A stretch of DNA of 64,000 nucleotides from the NCBI GenBank assembly GCA_001929475.1, contig LXFE01000126.1, positions 62,001-126,000 of the forward strand. Reading direction: 5' to 3'. Below the pieces are notes generated by a model. That model had not been told where the DNA came from and searched no databases. It saw nothing but the letters and a program-made list of their open reading frames with translations. Each line of letters opens with the position of its first letter. Positions within the stretch are counted from its first letter, which is position 1. Shown here piece by piece: positions 54,524 to 64,000 of this stretch. The DNA is from Neolecta irregularis DAH-3 (Eukaryota). Made by a program: the position numbers and the translations under genes.

Positions 54524-55940
54524 ATGACCAACGATCGTACGGTAACCGAAGCAGAACAAGCCAAATACTGGGAAATATTTACCAGTCTTACACAAACGGG
54601 CGTACTGACAGGCCAACAAGCGAAATCCGTTCTCTTAAATTCCAAATTACCAAACGACAAGCTCGAAAACATCTGGGACCTTGTATGAACATTCCTTCCC
54701 AATTCACATCTTATATCGCAGGCAGATATTGATGGGGATGGATGCCTGGACTTTGAGGAATTCTGTATTGCTATGAGACTCATTTTTGACACGATCAATG
54801 GAGTATATTTCTAATTTCCCCGGATCAACTGAGGTTGAGGTATACCCGACCATACCGGGGACTTTACCAGATTTCCTCGTCCCAGCATCAAAATCGCATT
54901 TAGTAGCCGCGAATAAAGCTTTATCAGGGAATGAAACTAGGCTGCAGAATAGTTTCTCTGCGAATACCGACGATTCAGAACCAGTACTCGATCTTGTTAT
55001 TTTTTTAACCAAGGGAATAGCTATCAGACAATTTTGATTGGTATATGTCTCCGGGAGATAAGGAACGCTACGATTCAGTATATACAACTACAAAAGATCG
55101 TCGCGGACAAATTGCATGCAAGTGATTAGTCATATATTCCTGCTAATTGACCAGTGGGTTCATTGACTGACCTGTACTCTTCCTTGAATGTACCTGATAG
55201 AGACTTGCGACGTGCATGGTATTCTGCTTTGACGTGGGTTGCATTTGATGCGCTCTAGGGATCTCGTCAACCCTCGAAATGACCATACAATAGGAAAAGA
55301 CCAAAGTTTAGTATTCCTTCATATTCTGAATCAGCGACATCGCGGATCAAGGATTCCAAACTCTGTCCCAGCCTCTTTGCGAGCTACCTTTGAGAAGACG
55401 GAGCCTATATATGATCTGGCTAAAGTCCGAAGCACGAGTGAAAATTTGTCTACTTCAGGCAAGAAAAGCGAATTTGCAGAAGGATATCTTGCTCGAATGG
55501 GTCTAGGCGGACGAAGTACCGGATATGAATCAAAAGGTTTGCAGATTTTTTCATGATATTCAGCTGATATGATAGGGACGGATTTCACACTGGTCAAGGA
55601 TACGGATTGGGAAGAAGTTCGATTACGTCGCCAGCTAGAAGACCTTGAACGGAAATGCGAAGAGGCAGAGGCAGAGGCGAAACGAAAACAACAAACTGCA
55701 AAAATATCGTCCAAAGTGTCATTAGCCAGACGAGAATTGGAGCAATTGTTGGAATATAAAAAGAAACAGTTGCAAATTGCCAAAGATAGTGGAAGAAATG
55801 GTAACCAAGTAGATTTTGGTGGGATAAAATCGGATATCGACATGCTTTCCCAGAATGTAGAGATACTGCAACAGCATCTCTCCAAAAGAGAAAAAGAGCT
55901 CGAGGAAATCAAGATCGAAATCTCTAGTGAAAAGACATAA
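54524..55940 (+). CDS. END3: EH-domain endocytosis protein End3, spliced
   Basis: [64 protein letters not shown]; 6 introns. Confidence 0.92.
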
Positions 55941-56077
55941 CGGATATTTCTGGGAGTTAGTGATAAAAGTCTTTTGGTATTTACAGATTAAAAGATCTAG
56001 CCTGATATTTCCGAGTAAGCGCCTGTTAAATATCTAAACGCCTTGTACACTCTACAAGTACCAACAAATCGTCCCGT

Positions 56078-57408
56078 TCATTCAAGAGGGTCATAGTCGT
56101 TCTGGGTTGGAAATGCACCAGGAAAACGAAATCCACGAGCCGGACGAGTAGAACGTATTGATGAGGACGCAGAACTCGAAGATGGGGTAGTTCGAACTCG
56201 CAATGGTGAAGATGGAGCAGTTGCCTCTGGTTCTGGAGGATCGCTCACTGATTTTCGACATAAAGGACTGGGAATAAGCATAGCAGGACACCATTGACGA
56301 ACCAAATGCCGTTGATTTTGAGCCATTGAGTGATACATTCAGTGTGGAAGAGATGCTTACAGGGAAGTTTAGCGTATACATTTCCTACCTCGAACTCATC
56401 GCGACAAACTGAACATTGGGCCTTTGAAGCTAAAAAAGTCAGACAACAGAATTTGCAAGGTGGATCAAACCAGCCATTTCCCTATCGACTTTCTTCTTTG
56501 GAAGGCTTTCGATAATGTTATCTGCGGCTGGTGGATTAGCACTTTGGTGATGTGTCTGTTCAAGAATTTGCGTGATGATATCATCAAGACTTCCGGTTCC
56601 GTTCGACTATACAGATGCCACGTAAGTGGACTTTCTGGAAAACAGGATTTTTGCCATACCCACGCAAATTCTTCGCCCCTGCCCCTGAAATCACGAAATA
56701 CACGTTCAAAGCCAGCTGCATGGTTACCAAAAGCCGCGAATTGTGAATTGCCAAAGGCTTGCTGGAGGAAACTAGGTGCCAGTTGGGACATGGAAATTAA
56801 ATTAGTCCTACCTTGCGAGATCTGTGACTTGTGGAGATGGGGATCCTTGTTGCACCTGGCCTTGTCTCGACCTGGCCAGTAAACATTTGAAAACAGATAT
56901 AATTCATACTGGACAGTCGTTTCTGAGCGTGCAGTCCCGCCGTTGGTAGTTGCTGGATTCCCCATGAGCGATAGCATAAGATTCTCAAACATGGACAAGA
57001 CATTTTCGGGAGCAGCCGTAGCTCCAGGTGTTGTTTCTCGTCGGTTGCCGAATATGTTTTGCAAGCCAAAACCAGCTCTTCCAGGACTTTCATGCTGAGG
57101 ATCCGAGTCGACTTCGATGTCTTCGAATTCCTCAGCTTGGGTTTCCCAGTGTCTTCTATTTGGCTGGGGATAGTAAGAACCGGGCAGCGGCTCGTCATCA
57201 TCTGTTCCTTCTCCCGCCATAGACATGTAGTGAAATGCCCGCGGATCATTATTTTCTTCGATCTACGTGCCGATAAGCAAAGTATTCCTTGATGGCATAC
57301 CAGTTCGAGAAAATCTGATCCGCAAGGACACCGTCCTTGTACAAGTTCTGAAGCCATAATTTCTGCCTGGCATTCATGGCAGAAGTAGCACTGTGGCTGT
57401 GACGGCAT
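56078..57408 (-). CDS. RING-H2 E3 ubiquitin ligase with N-terminal zinc ribbon (RNF115/RNF126-like), spliced
   Basis: YFCHEC...RCPCGSDFLE; C-terminal CSVCRDEF...LPCKHLFHTECITQWLKINGIC|PLCR; 6 introns. Confidence 0.85.
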
Positions 57409-57582
57409 AGGAAAAACTATGATATAGGTTAGCCAGACGATTTCTGGTGGTGAGTTTAGAGATTGCAACCGGACGACGCTGCTACGGCAAAACCGATAGG
57501 CGCGGCGCCCCGCCAATGACGCACACATTTACAAAACACCATTAAACTGCAAATACCTCCATCAACAACCACCATTAAAATG

Positions 57583-58194
57583 CTATCTTTTACGTATAGA
57601 TCCTATCAAAATTCCGCCAAGAACAGCTGCAACAGTTCCAACCACCGCCATGCCCATGTATCCTTCTATGCAATGTCAGAATTGAGTGTCACACTAGGAA
57701 AAGCACACCTTTGGCCACCCGGTCGTCAATAAGAGCCTGGAGACTCTTTGCCTGCATGTTACCGGGCTCCTTTTCCAGCAGAATCTCGTTGTAGCGTCTT
57801 GCTTCAGTGTATTTCCCAAGCTTATAATGGCCCAAAGCGAGGTAATACAGACACTCTCTTCTGCGTTCTGGAGCTTCCCGATATACGGCTAATGGGATGA
57901 GACGCCTGAAATAGCAGCATTTGTACTCGTTAACAAGGCCACGCCCTCCTGCTGGTCCTGCCGTTTCTTGCTCTTTATCAAGCCCCAGGCGTAGTTAAAC
58001 CGGGTCTGAATACTGACAAACTGGCCCTCCTTCTGGAACTGGCGCTCCAAAACCTCCAGTTCTGCGTCTTCTGCAAATACATCAGAAGAGCATCACAGAA
58101 ACGTACTCAGCGGTGCCTCGGCATCAGCAGCATCTGTAGTTTGTCAACATATATTTCGGATATGTAGCATACAAGGTAGATTGCTCTTGACCAT
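57583..58194 (-). CDS. FIS1: Mitochondrial/peroxisomal fission protein Fis1; absent from the ORF track; spliced
   Basis: [11 protein letters not shown]...[13 protein letters not shown]...[16 protein letters not shown]...EPGNMQA...[13 protein letters not shown] tail ending IRKR*. Confidence 0.95.
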
Positions 58195-58276
58195 ATTTCT
58201 TAGTTTGGTATTCGCTTATAGTGTTTAAAAGGTGGGATGGTGGCGACGTCGGGGAATTACTCCATCAACGCCAAGG

Positions 58277-58989
58277 ATGATTGACGAAGCACCTGAGCTA
58301 ATCAAAGAAACCACCAATGGTTTCCAAATATCTCAGGATATCCAGGCAATTTCTAGAATCCAAGATACTATACGCGCAACAGCCCTTTTACGCAAGAAAA
58401 AATTGGACGCATCACGAGACGTCCTACGATGTTCACAAACAAAATATATTTCCTTTTCTGATAGCTTAGCATTGTCCCGCAGCTTTGAATTATCGAAATC
58501 CACAGCTGAGTCTTCACGAAACTCCCAAGCTAGAGCAGAACATCCTACTATCATGCTATCTCTTGACCGTGAAAAGTTTGGGCTGGCAAAGAACTTGAAT
58601 GAATTGGAATCGAGTGTTCATGCCATGGAAAGCACTTTATCAAGACTGAAAGAAGAGTTAGAACAGCTCGATACGGAAGACGTTGCGGGCACTGTCGGCT
58701 CGATGGGTATACAGGATCCTACACTGTATATCTTTCCCCATATAACTCTAATCCCCAAAGCCTTCGTCTAAAGGTCTATCGCATGATGAACATTGATCTC
58801 GCAGAGGATGACACCGGGAAAATTTCCAAGCTTATCGTCCGTAAGTGTGAAATTCTGCATTTCAACTGATACCTTGCAGGATCCGTTGGCAAGGAGAGCG
58901 ATGTTCATGTGGTCAATGTGGAGAACAAATACAGTCCATATTTCTATGCCAATTATCTTTGGGATTTGCTGCAGAGAGAGCTTGAATGA
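58277..58989 (+). CDS. SPC24: Ndc80 kinetochore complex subunit Spc24, spliced
   Basis: Coiled coil LDREKFGLAKNLNELE, LRLKVYR, C-terminal DVHVVNVENKYSPYFYANYLW; 3 introns. Confidence 0.85.
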
Positions 58990-59137
58990 TTTATTGGAGT
59001 TTTATGATTAATATTGTAGTATATAATGAACGATTTTCCTTTAACGTTAAACCAAAAATGTCTAATAATAAACCATCCATGAAATTAAAATGACAATGAT
59101 GCTAAATCCGAAAGGAAAGAATGAGAAAAGATCTAGT

Positions 59138-61567
59138 CTAATCCCTATACTCTGAATGATCATCTTCCCCAAGCAAAGGTCTCCACTCTGGCGATCTTCT
59201 CTTCCTCCAAGTCATGATCTTGGATCCCATCAATGCAATAATCAAAATACTCAGGAATACCCCCGTAGCAATAGCAAACCCAATACCAATCAACTTTCCA
59301 GTGGGAGGATCATCAATGACCAGCCAAGCAGGACGCAATACTCTATCTAGAATGATAACTTGACCAGATTGAGAAGTTGATCCCCTGTCCAGGATACGCG
59401 CACTCTGCTCATGGCGATCCCCCTCGATATGGATTAGACTCAAATCGCTATTGAGTTTCCGAGTCGCAACTTTAAGCCCATTGAGCGATTCTCCCGCAGT
59501 CAAACAGCGAAAGGGATCCGCCTCGCAGTTCTCGTCACGATCCGACGACGGTTTGAGTATATGAAGACGAATGATTTGCTCAATATCTATTGTATCCTCG
59601 TTAATATCTTCATACTCTAGAACTGCATCCGTCGGTGCGAGAATAGAATAATTTCCATCTAAATCCAAGACGTTTAATAAATTGGCTTTGGTGATTAACT
59701 CGATAAACTTTGAAGCTTTTCCTGCGACAAGCAAATCTTGTGGGGATATCGAAAATATAGTTGGGATCGGAATACAAGTAAGAGAATGACCCACTCCGTT
59801 CGCTGCAAGGATATCACGGTCTACTAATTTGCAATTTTTGGAACCATGTTGCAGTTTTATTTCTCCTTTCTGGTTCCACAATTTAATCTTTTCTCCAAGA
59901 CGTGTCTTGACGACAATAGAGGTTTTGCTGATATCTTGAGAATATAGAATCTTGTCAAGCTGAACGGCCGTGTTTAGTATTAGATGTTTGAGCAAGGTGT
60001 CGTTTGATTGGACCAATTTTTGGACCAGGCCGAGTCTTTCCCATGCCAAGTTTGTCGGAAGCAGCAATGTTAGACTTTTCTCATTAATGTATAGTTCGTC
60101 CTCGAGACCAGCCTGATTGATAAATTCCAAGGATTTCGATACTGAGAGATCTGGTGTTGCAGCGAACGGAAAAGGCAAGGGAATGGATATGGCATTTGAA
60201 ACCTCGTAAATTCTCGAATCGTATTTCTCAATGTAAGCTGAGATATTAGAAGCCTGAACAATTGAGAAAAAGTACCAATATTTCCGGTAGACTCTGCGGT
60301 ATTTATGAATAGTTTATTCCTATGCTTGCTAATTTTGATTCGCTGAGAATTACCATTCATTGAACGGGGTCGGAATTCCGTCTCCAAGAGATGACCGTCT
60401 TCAAGGTCATCTAGATCAACAGTGCCAGGAATAATATTGTAGGATAGTGATGAGAGATAGGGATCACCACTTGAAGTGGCGAAATCCAAGGCAGGTGAAT
60501 CCACTGGTGCAAAAATGGTACGATTCCGTGTGTTGACTAGTTCTGTAATGCCATTTTTGATGATACACTGTGCGAATGTATCAGAACCAAGACCATAGAG
60601 TCCTTTTAATGGAGTGAATTCATAGGACCGTGGAATCGACAGACGATTTACAATGTGCTAGCAATTAAACGAGATTTAAAGCAAACTTGCCAAAACGCCT
60701 TGATTAGTCAACACATCTGGCTTTTCAACCTCCACTCCATCCACAGTGAACGACTTTTCTTTAACTTCAAGAGTGATGTTTTCGCCTTCTACAGTCCGAA
60801 GACTCAGCTTCTCAGGAACGTCTTGACGATATACGATATTTTCGAGAATATGACGATCTATGATCTTTTGGAGGTCTGTAGAACCGTGGCTAGTACAAAG
60901 ATATGCAATTTCAACTTGGGACAATACTGAGAATGCCTTGTCATTAGGAGCAAATAGTGTCGAGGCAGGACGGTCAAAGTAGGTGTAATTTGATATAGAG
61001 AACAAGAGTTTAAGATCAGACGATGTTTCAACGAACTCGTCTAGTAATTAGCTGGGATCATTATTGAAAGTTACATGTAGATGGCGGAAGACTCAACAAT
61101 TTATCAATAACCTGAATCACTCCATTATCCGCGTTCCAATTTTCTTTTATGACTTTGCTATTGCCAATCGCCATTATTCCGCTTTCAGAGACGTCAACAT
61201 GAATACCGAGATTCGCCTTCTCGTTGATTTGGAGCCAAGTATCCGCTACAAAACTCCTCGAGTTGATCGTATTGGTCGTGTTAAGAATATGATATCTCCA
61301 CAGATCGTGTTCCAAAATTCCATCTGGTTCAAAAGCTTCGAAAGCGTCATTTGTAGGTGCTACAAGAGTGATATTTCGAGATATGTTGATGTCTGAAATT
61401 AACCCTGCGTGTTGTAGTGCTCGCAACAGAGATTTAAACTGAGGATCCGAAGACAATAAATCGATGATCGAGACAGTTTGAGCATGAATTTCTGTCATTT
61501 GCGTCGTGCTCTCCTGCTTTTGATCCCTTTCTTGGTCTATACGGTTGAAAGAGTTCAAGAGCGCCAT
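59138..61567 (-). CDS. Multi-fasciclin (FAS1) domain single-pass membrane protein, similar to fission-yeast Fsc1; spliced
   Basis: Repeated FAS1 motifs TLVAPTNDAF, TLFAPNDKAF, SILAPTD, NGVIQVIDK, NQGVL|HIV; C-terminal TM IGIGFAIATGVFLSILIIALM followed by RPLL; 3 introns. Confidence 0.8.
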
Positions 61568-61638
61568 ATCATCACGTGTTAATATCGCGTCACACCTATT
61601 TTAGAAAAAAATCCGCATCAGCGTTCCATCAACGAATT

Positions 61639-64000
<2,362 letters not shown>

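Noticed and set aside
56356-56388. Constitutive intron in the RING gene
   Set aside because: The sequence encodes the required LPCKH zinc ligand, so it is kept as exon and reported only as a possible exitron

Overview
Eukaryotic, gene-dense fungal (ascomycete) DNA. The compact layout, tiny introns, HomolD box and gene content suggest an early-diverging ascomycete such as Taphrinomycotina (Neolecta-like); this is inference, not a database match. I reconstructed 29 spliced protein-coding genes by hand, almost all conserved housekeeping genes: UTP10, a SIZ/PIAS SUMO ligase, TRS33, a peroxisomal MDH, SLC35F, midasin, eL28, a UBX protein, SSH4, PTR2, delta-COP, a NIPA Mg transporter, eIF5A, VPS52, a Gtt3/Bqt3-like protein, GlnRS, Swi6/Cdc10, IMP2, PMS1, ADE5,7, THR1, RPC19, NAD kinase, END3, a RING E3, FIS1, SPC24, a fasciclin protein and SPB1. 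I found no mobile elements, CRISPR arrays, tRNA or rRNA. The most unusual signal is the splicing code. Roughly 150 inferred introns are mostly 31-45 nt, with highly degenerate donors and branch points. About 8 have GAG acceptors and about 5 have GC donors; there is also a probable GG-AG intron in PMS1, a possible GT-AT intron in VPS52 and a 5-nt microexon. Together these point to a relaxed, length-driven intron-definition system. All intron calls come from reading frame and remembered protein motifs, not RNA data.
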